A stretch of 62,953 bases of DNA, the filler included, from Chiloscyllium plagiosum (Eukaryota): assembly GCF_004010195.1 (NCBI RefSeq). It is 3 parts of 2 records of this genome, joined end to end, with 100 filler letters (N's around TTAATTAATTAA, not from the genome) between each part and the next. Parts side by side here need not be neighbours in the genome. Positions count along the whole stretch, not along the records: positions 31,661 to 60,108 come from NC_057710.1; positions 60,209 to 62,953 come from NC_057711.1; 1 more part is not named here. One strand, written 5' to 3'. Positions 51,001-62,953 of this stretch are shown in pieces. Both the position numbers and the translations under genes were made by a program. The notes under the pieces are model-generated. The model worked only from the letters and a program-made list of their open reading frames with translations. It had not been told where the DNA came from and ran no database searches. Each line of letters starts with the position of its first letter. Positions within the stretch are counted from its first letter, which is position 1.

Positions 51001-52090
51001 TTGGTTAATTGTATCCAGAGTTCGCTGAGTAACAGGAAACAAGGTAATGTTTAAAGGGTGTTTTTGTGACTGGAAGACTGTGTCCAGCAGGGTTTCACAG
51101 GGATGAGTGATGGGGCTCTTGCTGTTAATGGTCACTATAAATAATTTAGAACTGAATGTCACAGAGTTGATCAGTAAATTCTCAGATGACACAAGAATTG
51201 GCGAGGTGGCAAATCATGAGGAGGATAGCCTTAGATCTGAGGATAAAGATGGTTGGTCAAATGGGCTGATCAATAGCAAGCAGAACCTTCAGTCTGGTAA
51301 ATGTGAGGTGATGGACTGGGCAAGACAAGCAAGGCAAGGGAATATATGATGAACAGGAGGACCCTGGAAGCATGAAGGATCATGGGGATCTTGATGTTCA
51401 TGAATACCTGTCCCTTAAAGTAGCAGGATACATAAATACATTTGTTAATAAGACAAATGGGATACTTGTCTTTATTAGCCTTGGTAGAATTTAAGATAAG
51501 GGAGGTTATTCTGGAACAGCATAAAAGGTTGGTTAGACTACGATAACAGTATTGTGTGCAGGTCTGGAATCCACATTGTAGGAGGGATGTGATTGCACTG
51601 GAGAATGGCAGAGGTGATTTACCAGGCAACTGTCTGGGCTGGGGAGTTTTAGTTATGAAGAGAGATTGGACAGACTGAGATTGTTTTCCTTGAAGCAGAA
51701 AAGATTGAGGGGTGGAGCATGATTGAGATGTACAAAATTATAAGGGGCATAGACCGGGTAGACAGAAAGAAACATTTCCTCTTGGTGGTGAGATCAATGA
51801 CCAGGCGGGATAGATTTAAGATAAGGTGCTGGAGGTTTAGAGGAAGTGTGAGAACAACTTTTTTCACCCAGAGTGGAGCTGGGAATCTCTACTTGCTGTC
51901 TATAAGAGTGATAGAGGCAGAAACCCTTATAACATGAAGAAGTATTTAGATATACACTGGCGATGCCAAGACATACAAGGCTTTGGGCCAAGTGCTGAAA
52001 ATTGAGATTAGAATAATTAGGTGGTTGTTTTGACCAGTGCAGACTCGATGGGGTGAAGGGCTGTTTTCTGTGCTGCAGATCTCTGATTCC
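48040..52090 (+). mobile_element. Older CR1-type LINE ORF2 with several nested LINE 3' fragments (~48880-50350, ~49380-49846, ~50755-50985)
   Basis: IKENPKLFYKHIK.K..TKEKLGP and SKFSDDTRIG motifs lie in collinear order, interrupted by the 3' ends of other LINE copies. Confidence 0.75.
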
Positions 52091-52398
52091 ATGGTGATGA
52101 CTCAAAAAAGAAAATATCAGTATTTTGGCTATTTGATTATGTTTTAAAAGCTATAGAGGTCTCTTCTAGAGACCAAAGAGTAAAAGAATGGTCGACTTCT
52201 GTTCAGCACATTGGTCACAAGGGTATGACTCCTGCCTAGGAATATGTAGTGAAATAGTATTCAATAGGTCCCGAGTTCTAATCCTCAACAACCCTTCTAG
52301 CTTTGGGGTGTTAAGTGAATGGGAATATGAGAGGTTTTGGATTCACATCCTAGACAAACCCAAGTGTGTTGACCCTTGTTTCTTGTTGTCAAAGTGTA

Positions 52399-52472
52399 TG
52401 TCGGTTAGTTCAGATGGTTAGAGCATGATACTAATAATGCCAAGGTCATGAATTCAGTCCCGATACTGACCA
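52399..52472 (+). pseudogene. tRNA-Ile(AAT)-derived pseudogene or SINE head
   Basis: tgtcggttagttcagatggttagagcatgatactAATaatgccaaggtcatgaattcagtcccgatactgacca aligns end to end with vertebrate tRNA-Ile-AAT. It shows CpG-decay changes and a damaged B box. Confidence 0.75.
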
Positions 52473-52537
52473 GGTCTGTAGTCGCAATTTGAAAGTTGTG
52501 GATTCATATTTGTGGAGTTTGTGTCTGTCTTTGCTTT

Positions 52538-52866
52538 GTGGCATGGTGGCTCAGTAGTTAGCAGTGTTATTCACAGCACCAGGGACCTGGGATTGATTCC
52601 AGCCTCAAGTGACAGTCTGTGTGGAGTTTGCACATTCTCCCCTTGTCCGCATGGCTTCCCTCAGGGTGCTCCGGTTTCCTCCCGGAGATGTGCAGGTAAG
52701 GTAGGTTGGTCATGCTAAATTGCCCAAAGTGTTCAGGGATGTGTAGCTTAGGTGCATTAGTCAGGGGTAAATGCAGAATATTAGGGTAGGGGAATGGGTC
52801 TGGGTGGATTACTCTTTGGAGGGTCAAATGGCTTGTTTCCGCACTATAGGGGATTCTATGATTCTA
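52538..52866 (+). mobile_element. HE1-type SINE, diverged
   Basis: gtggcatggtggctcagtag head, conserved core, and a gattctatgattcta tail. Confidence 0.9.
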
Positions 52867-52984
52867 TTAACCTTTATGGATAAATAACTATAATATGATA
52901 GAATTTTACATTATGTTTGAATGTCAGGTAGTTCAATTTGATATAAGGGTGTTAAATTAGGATTAGGATATATATATTAAAAGA

Positions 52985-54262
52985 CTTGATTGGACATAGG
53001 CAATGGGTAGTCTTTAAAGACTATTGCATGGCTTACAGCAACAATATATTCCTACAAGTTGCAAAAACTCAAAAAACTTCACAAACTATGGCTGACAAAG
53101 GAAGGCAAGGATTTTATAATGTTAAAAGAAAAGGCTTATAAAGTTGCCAGAAATAATAATAAATCTAGGATTGAGCTTTTAGATTGCAGCGAAGGAGGAC
53201 CGAGAAATGGATAAGGAAAGGAAGCATAGAATACGAATGTAATCCAGCAAAAAATTAAAATGGACTGTCAAACGTTTCAACTGGTATGTAAAAAGGAAAT
53301 GTTTAGGCGAGTCCATTAAAGGAAAAGTCAAGAGAATTTATAATGGGGAATAGACAAATGGGAGAGAAGCTGAATGATTACTTTTCAGTGTATATTTACA
53401 GAGAGAAAGGTATCTCCCTGAATTAGATATACAAGTGACGAGAGACAATGAGGACTTGAAGGACATATGTATTAATAAAAATGTTGTACTGGAGAAATTA
53501 ATGGAACTGAAAGTTGTTAAGTCCCTGGGAACTGATTCGACTACATCCCAGACTGTTGAAGGAGGTGGCTATAGAAATAGTTAATACATTGGTTATCATC
53601 TTCCAAAATTTCATAGATTCCAGAATGACTTGTGCAGATTAGAAATTTGCAGATGTGATCTCACATCTGCAGAAGGAAGGGAAGAAGCAAGAAACAATAT
53701 CCCATTAGCCCCACGTCAGTAGTATTCTAGAATCTATCATGAATGATGTAACAAATGTACACTTAGAATGATCTGATTGGGCATAGTCAGCAGATTTGTG
53801 AAAGGAAATTCATATTTGACAAACTTGTTGGACTTTTGAAGGATGTTACAAGCTAAATTAATAAAGGGGAGCTCATAGACATGTCGATTTGTATTTTTAC
53901 CAGGCTTTTGATAATACCCCCCATAGGAGGTTGATTAGCATGATCAAGGAGACAATTTACTGACATAGATTAAGAGTAGGAATAAACTCACATTGGCAAA
54001 CTGTGACTAGTGAGGTACTGCACGACTCAATATTTGGACCCCAGCTTTTCATAATATGTATCAATGATTTGGAGATGGAGACCAAATGTAATACTTTCAA
54101 ATTTAAGATGATACACAGCTAAGCATGATTGTTGTTGTGAGGAAGATATAAAATGTTTTTAGTTGCATTTGAACAGGCATAGTAATTGAGGAGAACATGG
54201 CAGGTGGAATTTAACATGAAAAAATGTGAGGTTATCCATTTTGGTACGAAGGACAGATGTGG
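52985..54262 (+). mobile_element. Old CR1-type LINE ORF2 fragment
   Basis: Decayed collinear similarity (aagtccctggg, caggcttttgataa, tgtgaggttatccattttgg). Confidence 0.7.
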
Positions 54263-54444
54263 GAGACAGGGGACTCACATTGTATGGGGCTGAAGTTAGG
54301 TAACTCTTAAGGCATCTGTCAGAATATCATCAAGATTTTGTGCAATGATGTCCTTCATGATAGCCCCGGTTGAGAAAAATCTGAAGGAATCTTTTTTTGA
54401 CCCTTTCATCATTGGTAAAACTTCAGCGTTTCAGAGTGCAACGA

Positions 54445-54650
54445 CAGGTCACTCAGTTGTAACGCGTGTTTCGGCAATGCAAATTTGATGTAATGAGATC
54501 GATGAATTGGCGACACTGATTCTAAAGCATGTGCTGGCTGTAACACGATTAGAGCGTCAACATTTTAAGTGCTGTTTCTACAGCGCGATTTTTCCATGAT
54601 GCGGGATTACACAATAACGCAACCATCGCATTATAGAAGAACTGATTGTA
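54445..54650. mobile_element. MITE-like element, same family as 15656-15865
   Basis: Shared internal sequence and terminus attatagaagaactgattgta. Confidence 0.65.
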
Positions 54651-55036
54651 CTGCTAAGTTGTCGAGATGCTTGAACATTCTCCAGGTCAGTTGAACTTGC
54701 AAGAGGCAGAGTTTTACATTACGTTTCTCAGAAGGGAGAGTGGACTAATGAACTGTCTATTGTACGTCTTCTAAATGTGAATAGCAGCCTACTTCTTTAA
54801 AAAACTGATATATTGAATGAGTATTTCCCTGTGAGGATGTGTGAAATCATTTCATGAATCTGCACTGTTATTAAGATGGTGGGTTAAAGTGTGAAATTTA
54901 GTGTGCAAGCCAAGTCTTAGCACATTCTCTTCAAACAGTGGTTAGCCACAGTGTTGTCCATATTAAAGTGCAGTGCCTTGGCTGCAGTCCTCAGCATTAC
55001 AGTGCAAGGATTCCTGATGTCTGAGATTATCATACT

Positions 55037-55750
55037 TTCAAGAAACTATGAACCTGCACTCCAAGGTCTCTTTGTTCAGCAACACTCCCCTGGACCTTAC
55101 CATTAAGTTTATAAGTCTTGCACTGATTTGCTTTTCCAAAATGCAGCACCTTGCATTTATCCAAGTTAAACTCCATCTGCCACTTCTCAGTCCATGTCAT
55201 CAAGATTCCATTGTACTCTGAGGTAACCTTCTTCGCTGTCCACTACACCTCCAATGTTGGTGTCATCATCAAACTTACAAATCATGCCTCCTATGTTCAC
55301 ATCCAAATCATTTATATAAAGATGAAAAGCAGTGGACCCAGGACCGACCCTTGTGGCACACCAATGGTCACAGGCCTCCAGTCTGGAAAAACAACCCTCC
55401 ACCACCACCCCCTGTCTTCTACCTTCGAGCCAGTTCTGTATCCAAATGGTTAGTTCTCCCTGTATTCTGTATGATCTAACCTTGCTAACCAGTCTACTAT
55501 GAGGAACCTTGTTGATGCCTTACTGAAGTCCATATAGATCACGTCAACCACTTTGCCCTCATCATTTTTCTTTGTTGCTTCATCAAAAAACTCCATCAGA
55601 TTAGTCAGACATGATTTCTCACACACAAAGCCATGTTGACTGACCCTAATCCACCCTTGCCTATCCAAATACATGTACATCGTGTTCCTCGGGATTCCCT
55701 CCAACAACTTGCTCACCACTGATGTCAGGCTCACTGGTCTATAATTCCCT
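55037..55750 (-). mobile_element. CR1-type LINE internal RT fragment
   Basis: LTSVVSKLLE...SQHGF..KSCLTNL.EFF...YMDFSKA and KFDDDTNIGG. Confidence 0.95.
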
Positions 55751-55779
55751 CGGTGACTACTGGCACAATCTTGTCTCCC

Positions 55780-56560
55780 AGAGAGGAAGGGACATCTGGA
55801 GTGAGGGCAAGATTCTTCATCCTCTTCTTGTCTTGTTATTCATACTGAGTATCTATGGCTAGACCAATAGAAATCAGCTGTTTACACATATACAGTAGGT
55901 ACTGAGTGTGCAGGAACTGGCTCTCTAAGGCTTTTGCTAATCTGCCCATGGTGGTGGCCAAATGCACGCATGCTGGAAATATCATTGTACTGAAAATGTT
56001 GGCGGACTCCTCCAATTTTTGATCCAGCTTGCCAAGTGCCTCTGACATAGCTGCTTGATGTTATTGTGTCTGTGCAATTTGATGAAGTCATTAAAGGCCA
56101 AGAGCAGAAGCTCATCTTTTGTCTAGGACTGCTGGTTCCCAGATTATCATACATTTGGATACTTCTTCCTTTCGTAGATGTGACAGTAATGTGCTCCCAG
56201 GTTGTGCTCCAAAGTCTACCCATCCATAGAGATCTACGTCTCTGAGCTGGCAGAGGACAGAAGTGAATATTTTGCTTGCACATCCTCTGAGGGTTCAGCA
56301 GCTGTTCCCCCAGATATGGAGATGGAGCTTGGTGTCTCCTGCATTGTTTGTTTGAGGAGGTTTGTGGGTGCCTGCATTAGCGAAAAGAGTGAATTAGATG
56401 TAAAAAATGCATAGAAGTTTGAGCAGATAAAGAATCACTCAAAATTGCAGGAGATGGGAGAGCAGTACAACACGGCACTGGTAACTTATTGGGTTAGTTG
56501 TCTATAAGGTTTCTCCATCCTCATATGCGTGGTTATGCTCTTCTCCAGCAAGATCTTATA
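55780..56560 (-). mobile_element. Possible Harbinger accessory (Myb/SANT-ORF) remnant
   Basis: Decayed coiled-coil-like ORF pieces (55836-56048). Resemblance only. Confidence 0.3.
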
Positions 56561-57784
56561 ACTTTCTCCTCTGGAGAGTGAGGATCTGATGTCCTTCTTG
56601 ACATTCCTTACTGTCACATTTCTCTTTCTCACTTAGATTCCAATTTTCTTTCTTTTTTTTTTGGTACTAATTTAACATCAAATTCATCCATTTTAATTTA
56701 TAGTTGATTTTAATTAGATGAAATGATCTATCATTATTTGATGACAACTTCTATGAAGCACCAAGGGATGTTTGACTTTGTTGAAGGCTCAATATAAATT
56801 CATGTTGTTTTTGTTGTTCATTATGGCATTGTTATATCCAATAATTAAAGTTGTTAAATTGTATTGTGTCCATAAAAATTAGAATTCATAGTTAGTATCG
56901 GTTAGTTTGTTACTCTACATTAAAAAAAAGTAATAATAAAGGATAATAGATATTCCTTGCTTTGTAGGATGTTTCAGAATAATTCTGGTATTCACTTTCA
57001 TGCAGAAAACTTCTCATTTAAACTGCAACCTGCATTATATAGTTTCCTTACACGTGAAAGATCAGCTTTAATAAAAGTATAGAACAGAATGCCATAAATT
57101 TGTAGTAACCACATGAAGCAGAATTCTCCAAGAGACTGATTAACATCAACTTTGTGTTGAGGTTTTCAATAATTAGAGGATATGCTGGTTTGGAACATTA
57201 CTGTGGTAGCATTGATAGCTTTTCCTAAGGTTGACAGCAATTATTACAGCCTACACTTTATCTTCTGTGCCTCCAGCCACTAAAGAACTTTTCAGATGAA
57301 AAGTCCATTAATTTCCTACAATTTTGTCACAAAGTTGGAGATGCAAAGATTATTGCATACACAGCACACTTCTCAGATCTTTCTAAAAAATCAGACAATT
57401 TTGTGCTAGTTTTGTTTTGCCTTTTAAAACAATGATATAACTAAGATTTTTGTCATCGTATTTCTGACAAGATATACATGAGAATTTAAAATAGTGATTT
57501 TTGGAGAATGATTAATATGCATGGTTTCATATACAAAGAAATAAGTTCTGTTCCATTGCCTTACAAGTAAGTTTACAAGCAATTTAAACTTTAATGTATG
57601 ATTACCACATTCTGTAAACAATTGTATTTTCTGGCCCATCTAGCAAGTCTTCCCTGATCTCAAAGGATATAATGTTTTATTATAAAAGCATTACTCTCAA
57701 CAAAATGCTTTAAACATAAAATTTTTATTTATACAGCATCATTGGTGATGCCAGTATTTCTTTAAGCACTTTACAACCAATGAT

Positions 57785-58652
57785 ACATGACACTAAAGTC
57801 GATGGAGCAGTGGACAGTGTGGAAGAATGTTGCAGGTTGCAGGGGGACTTGGATAAACTGCGGAATTGGGCTGAGAGGTGGCAAGTGGAGTTCAATGCAG
57901 ATAAATGTGAGGTGATTCACTTTGAGAAGAATAACAAGAAGGTAGAATACTGGGTCAATGGAAAGATTCTTGGTAGTGTGGATGTGCAGAGGGATCTTGG
58001 AGTCCATGTACATAGATTCCTGAACGTTGCCACCCAGGTTGATAGGCTGTTAAGAAGGCATACGGTGTATTAGGTTCTATTGGTAGAGGGATTGAGTTCC
58101 GTAGCCGTAATGTCATGCTGCAACTGTACAAAATGCTAGTGCGGCTGCACATGGAATATCGTGTACAATTCTGGTCGCCCCATTATAGGAAGGATGTGGA
58201 AGCATTGGAAAAGGTGCAGAGGAGATTTACATGGATGTTGCCTGTTTTGGTGGGAAGGTCTTATGAGGAAAGGCTGAGAGACTTGGGTCTTTCTCATTGG
58301 AAGGAGGAAGGCTAAGAGGGGATTCAGTAGAGACATAGAAGATGATCAGAGGATTAGATAGAGTGGACAGTGAAAGTTTTTTTCCTAGAATGATGACGTC
58401 AGCTTGTATGAGGAGGCATGACTAAAAATTGAGGGTGATAGATTTAAGACAGATGAGTGGTAAGGGCGTGGAATGCCCTGCCTGCCAATGTAGTTAACTC
58501 AGCCACATTAGGGAGATTTAAATAATCCTTGGAAAAGCACATGGATGATGATGGGACAGCGTAGGGCTATCATTAGCTTATATTAGTTCTCAGGTCAGCG
58601 CAACATCGAGGGCCGAAGGGCCTGTTCCACAGTATTGTTCTATGTTCTCTAT
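57785..58652 (+). mobile_element. CR1-type LINE 3' part, different subfamily
   Basis: DTKVDG.VDS.E...LQGDLD...WAERWQ.EFN..KCEV.HF and EYRVQFWSP, with a ttctatg tail. Confidence 0.95.
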
Positions 58653-59349
58653 ATGCTTGAAATAGTCAGGAAGGAATATAAGGAAAGAAGGAAGCCAGTT
58701 TTTTGCACAGTAAGCTTCCACAAATAGCAGATATCCCAGTGGGTGGCAAGACCAAGACCAGATGGTGTTAATATATTTTAACAGATAGCTCAAGACATGG
58801 AGTGACAACAGCAAGATTGAAACTAGTGGTAACAATGCCAGCAGGACTATGCATATTTATCAGGGTAGATAAGGATATGCACTCGAGACACTAACAGATC
58901 AACCAAGATCATAATGAATAATGGACCAGGTTTAAAGGGCCAAATGGCTTATTTCTGCTCCTAATTTATATATTCCTGTGTAATTAATATAACTGGGATA
59001 CCTTTCGAAGTTGGGTCTGAGATTAAATTCACAGCAGTAAGATTGTACAATATGCAAAGATGGGTGCAAGGATCACAGTATGTGAGTATTATGCCAATTG
59101 ACAAAAAGCTCACTTTGTGCTGCTTGCTCATTTTAATGATTTCTGTGTGCAGCCAGGCTCACTGTGCTTTTCATTGCCTGCCTGCATCAGGGAAGGACCT
59201 AATATTGTTAGTATCTAGCACTAGCTAAAGAGAACTGCAGCTACTAAAGGTTGGTGGTATAAGATCATTTTGAATGTTATTCTGTAGAAGAATTAATAGT
59301 GGCAAACCATTATAGAAAGTTTTCACCAAGGCTTTCAATTGCTGCACTG

Positions 59350-59410
59350 GAGAGGGAAAAAGGAGAGGGAAAAAGGGAAAAGGAAAAAGGAAAAGGAAAA
59401 AGGAAAAGGG
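59350..59410 (+). repeat. (GGAAAA)n simple repeat
   Basis: gggaaaaagggaaaaggaaaaaggaaaaggaaaaaggaaaagg. Confidence 0.85.
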
Positions 59411-59887
59411 GGTCGGGGTGGCAAGATACACAGTTAAAGTCAATGCCAGGGTTTGGTCTAAGGTCTGATTACACTTCAAAAAGAAGTTCAGTAATCTCTC
59501 ATGAGTTGTCAAGGTCAGTTACAGCATCCATTCATATATTATTCATGCATGCTGCAATTTCTACATTACCAAGGAACTGCTTTATTTTGATATTGCTCAC
59601 ATAATGCTGAACCATTCCTAAATGAATCCAGGTACAGATTGCTGTCTGTGGACAGTGCAGCAGGAATGTCCAATGAATGTGTGCAAAACAGGTATCTGGA
59701 AGCCCAGGACCAGCAGATGTGGAACAGACCTCTGTTGTGGACTTTCTAGCCATAGGTGCCCTCAGCTGTAGTGAAGATGCAAGTGAAAAATTGTCATCTT
59801 CCATGGAATGCTATGCAGATGGGCAAGGACTGGTGTTACAATATTCTTTTAAAGGTGCTGATCAACCTGACATGTCACTATGCTGGA

Positions 59888-60108
59888 AATGTGTTGCTGG
59901 AAAAGCGCAGCAGGTCAGGCAGCATCCAGGGAACAGGAGAATCGACGTTTCGGGCATAAGCCCTTCTTCAGGAATGAGGAAAGTTTGTCCAGCAGGCTAA
60001 GATAAAAGGTAGGGAGGAGGGACTTGGGGGAGGGTCGTCGGAAATGTGATAGGTGGAAAGAGGTCAAGGTGAGGGTGATAGGTCAGACTGGGGTGGGGGC
60101 GGAGAGGT
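59888..60108 (-). mobile_element. PLE 3' terminal repeat with intact hammerhead motif, cut by a gap
   Basis: The reverse complement of 59944-59971 is ctgaagaagggcttatgcccgaaacgtc. Confidence 0.9.
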
Positions 60109-60208
60109 NNNNNNNNNNNNNNNNNNNNNNNNNNNNNNNNNNNNNNNNNNNNTTAATTAATTAANNNNNNNNNNNNNNNNNNNNNNNNNNNNNNNNNNNN
60201 NNNNNNNN

Positions 60209-60447
60209 GGGCAACTTTTTCACACAGAGGGTGGTACGTGTATGGAATGAGCTGCCAGAGGATGTGGTGGAGGCTGGTACAATTACAACATTTAAGAGGC
60301 ATTTGGATGGGTATATGAATAGGAAGGGTTTGGAGGGATATGGGCCGGGTGCTGGCAGGTGGGACTAGATTGGGTTGGGATATCTGGTCGGCATGGAAGG
60401 GTTGGACCGAAGGGTCTGTTTCCATGCTGTACATCTCTATGACTCTA
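60209..60447 (+). mobile_element. CR1-type LINE 3' end
   Basis: Family tail ccatgctgtacatctctatgactcta. Confidence 0.95.
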
Positions 60448-61295
60448 TAACTGCTGTGTACAAATGACCTGCCGTGTTTCCTAGGGAAGCATGTGGCAGT
60501 TATTAAAATGCAAAATAAATATAGGTCTTGCTTTATAAAAGATGAGCCTAATTTATTCCTTGCCTGCCTCAAATATTCTGTCCCAACATTTCCAATAAAA
60601 TCACTGACAGCTGACGCCTGAACCCCAGGGTTACCTATTTGCAGATCCTTATCCTTAATTGAGCCAAGGTTAGCAGCTCCTCTGACCCACTGGTCAATAC
60701 AATTGGAAATGGAGAGAAGAACACAGCAGCACCATAAACAGGAACAAAAGTGGTGGGTGGTCTCCTCCTAACTGCTGAGATCGGTTGGTCAGCTGCCAGC
60801 CACTGGGCCCTGTCATGCATTTGCTAAACTGGAATTGTGCCATGCTGTCCCAACATGATTTCTGCACCCTACCCCCCAGTTCAAAAAGTGTAGACACTGA
60901 TAATGTCTGGCAAGTACAATGATAGCTTTAAAATACATATATAGAGAGCTGTGGTGATCATGCAATCTGGAGAACCCACAGCACCAACCAATCCGCTTAC
61001 AACAAAAAATCACACTGACAATCCGAACATAACCACCCTGACAGTGAACCCGAAGGGCAGGTTGAGCCACTTATATAAACTGAATTGAAAAGAATGGAAT
61101 GTCAGACAGATTTGCTGTAGAATGGGTATTGCAGCAGGACCATTTCTCTTCCTGTCTGAGAGTGAAGTGTGGATTTAATTTGTTTGATTTGATTTCATTT
61201 GATTTATTTTTGTCACTCTTATCTAAGTACAGTGAAAAGCTTTATTTTGTGAGCGGTACAGGCAGGTCATTGCAAACAAGAGCCTACAGATCTTA

Positions 61296-61531
61296 GTTCT
61301 AAACTTCCAGCTCAGCACTGTCCCCATGACTTGTCCAGACTTGTCCTACCTGCCCCACCCTCCTCTAGCTTATCTCTCCACACTTCAGGCTCACTGCCTT
61401 TATTCCTGATGAAGGGCTTTTGCCCGGAATGTCAATTTTGCTGCTCCTCGGATGCTGCCTGAACTGCTGTGCTCTTCCAGCACCACTGATCCAGAATCTG
61501 GTTTCCAGCATCTGCAGTCATTGTTTTTACC
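61296..61531 (+). mobile_element. PLE 3' terminal repeat
   Basis: ctgatgaagggcttttgcccggaatgtc at 61406, followed by the repeat body. Confidence 0.85.
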
Positions 61532-61599
61532 TAGATCATAGGGAGCGTAGAGTGAGACATACAGGGTTACACTACACAGGAGGTGTACAAAGCAAGATC

Positions 61600-62170
61600 A
61601 ACATTTGTGTAAAGTTAGAGAGTCCACTCATCAGTCTAATAACAGCAGGAAGAAGCTGTTCCTGAACCTGTTGGTGTCTGTGTGTGTTCTGGTTTCTCTA
61701 CCTTCTGCCTGATGGAGGAGGTTGTAGGAGATCATTACCACGGTGGGAGGGGTCTTTGATGATGTTGGCAGCCTTTCTGTGGCAGTGAGCTGTGTAAATG
61801 GAGTCCATGGATGGGAGGTTGGTTTCCGTGATGGTCTGGGCTGTACACACCACACTCTGCAGTTTCTTACAGTCCTGGGCACAGCAGTTGGCATACCAGG
61901 CTGTTATGCAAGTGGACAGTATGGTTTCATTCCTGATGAAGGGCTTTTGCCCGAAACATTGATTGTCCTGCTCCTCGGATACTGCCTGAACTGCTGTGCT
62001 TTTCCAGCACCATTCTAATCTAAAGTATGGTTTCAATGATACGTCTGTAAAAGATGATGAGGGTCCTTATGGACATGCCAAATTTCCTAATCCTCTTGAG
62101 GAAGAAGAGCCATTTTTGTGCCTTCTGAACTGTCACATTGACATGGAAGGACCAGGAGGCATTGTCGAAG
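61600..62170 (-). mobile_element. Rex1/Babar-type LINE 3' fragment, interrupted by a PLE repeat
   Basis: ILSTCITAWYANC.AQD.KKLQ.VV..A..I....LPS...IY...C.RKA..IIKDPSH...PSGRR is typical of the Rex1/Babar C-terminus. Confidence 0.8.
61930..62023 (+). mobile_element. Solo PLE terminal-repeat fragment, 12-bp target duplication
   Basis: agtatggtttca at 61918-61929 and 62024-62035. The insert starts at tcctgatgaagggcttttgcccgaaac. Confidence 0.9.
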
Positions 62171-62909
62171 TGTAGATTATGGTGGCCATTTTAGCTTTGG
62201 TATGGAGGCAACTGAGGTGTAAGAGGTTTTCATCTCGGTAGTTCTTAATACACACAGAAGTCTGCAAGGTGCTTGATATTCTACCTGACCCTGTGCAGAA
62301 ATGTTGTGACAGCTCTCTAGAGCAGGTGGGTCTTCAACGTGAACCTCCTTGTCCAGAACTGGGACATTACCACTGCATCTCAAGAAGCCAGACTACAGGC
62401 TGCTTTAATGAATAATTAACCTGTAGATATTTCTGCATTCATAATGCCGTCTTCAAAACAGTTTGTGAGGGCTTTTTTGACACCCCGATGTATTTTTAAT
62501 TTACTTTAAGATTTTGCGACCGAGCAAGGTAGATAATTCTATCACAATCGGAAGTTTTTTTTAAGCTTCAATTGAAAGGAAATACACAAAAAGGGGAAAA
62601 CTCAGTGATAGCCCTGAAGACTGGGATAAATTCAGAAATTTACAATCCAGCGCAGGAGGGCTAAAAAAAGAGAGAAAATAAACTATGAGGGCAAATGAGT
62701 AAGGAACATAAAAACTGACAGTAAGAGCTTCTTTAAATATATAAAAAGGTAGACAAAGGTCAAAGTGAACATAAGTCTGTGAGAAAATGAATCTGGGACT
62801 TTATTATGGGGAGCAAGGAAATGGTAGAGAAGTTAAACAGATAGTTTAGTGAAAGATACTTTGAACATTCCAATAATTCTAAGGAATATGGGGCAGGACC
62901 TAAGAACCG

Positions 62910-62953
62910 TGGGTGGCACGGTGGCTCAGTGGTTAGCACTGCTGCCTCACAGC
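62910..62953 (+). mobile_element. HE1-type SINE head, truncated by window edge
   Basis: gggtggcacggtggctcagtggttagcactgctgcctcacagc. Confidence 0.9.

Noticed and set aside
52399..52472. Functional tRNA-Ile gene
   Set aside because: The acceptor, anticodon and T stems and the B box carry multiple mismatches, so it is treated as a pseudogene.
56968..57435. Plus-strand acceptor followed by unique sequence, possible coding exon
   Set aside because: All three frames hit stops within ~40 codons and no peptide is recognisable. At most it is a non-coding exon.
1..62953. CRISPR array or prokaryotic-type operon
   Set aside because: There is no regularly spaced repeat-spacer array. The sequence is vertebrate, with spliceosomal introns and SINEs/LINEs.

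Overview
Vertebrate genomic DNA. The HE1-type tRNA-derived SINEs and HER1/CR1-type LINEs point to a shark (inference), and the assembly is a draft with N gaps. Most of the window is transposable-element debris: many CR1-type LINE copies (one near full-length at ~39.6-43.5 kb), HE1-type SINEs, Penelope-like elements (PLEs), and remnants of Tigger, Harbinger, RTE and Rex1/Babar elements. I can assemble one small spliced minus-strand gene from four exons (25947-25838, 25622-25575, 20494-20405, 14259-14208). All three introns are GT-AG and phase 2, and the product is a 99-aa protein I do not recognise. It is probably driven from a CpG-rich promoter at ~38.2-38.7 kb that carries an RFX X-box-like motif. 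The most striking non-coding signal is about a dozen copies of a minimal hammerhead-ribozyme motif (CTGANGA-A-GGGC-loop-GCCC-GAAAC-GTC) in short PLE terminal-repeat fragments. Several of these fragments are solo or fold-back insertions flanked by direct duplications of 12-14 bp, and two other PLE-derived inserts sit between 41-bp and 165-bp duplications. No database searches were run; family names come from recognising motifs.
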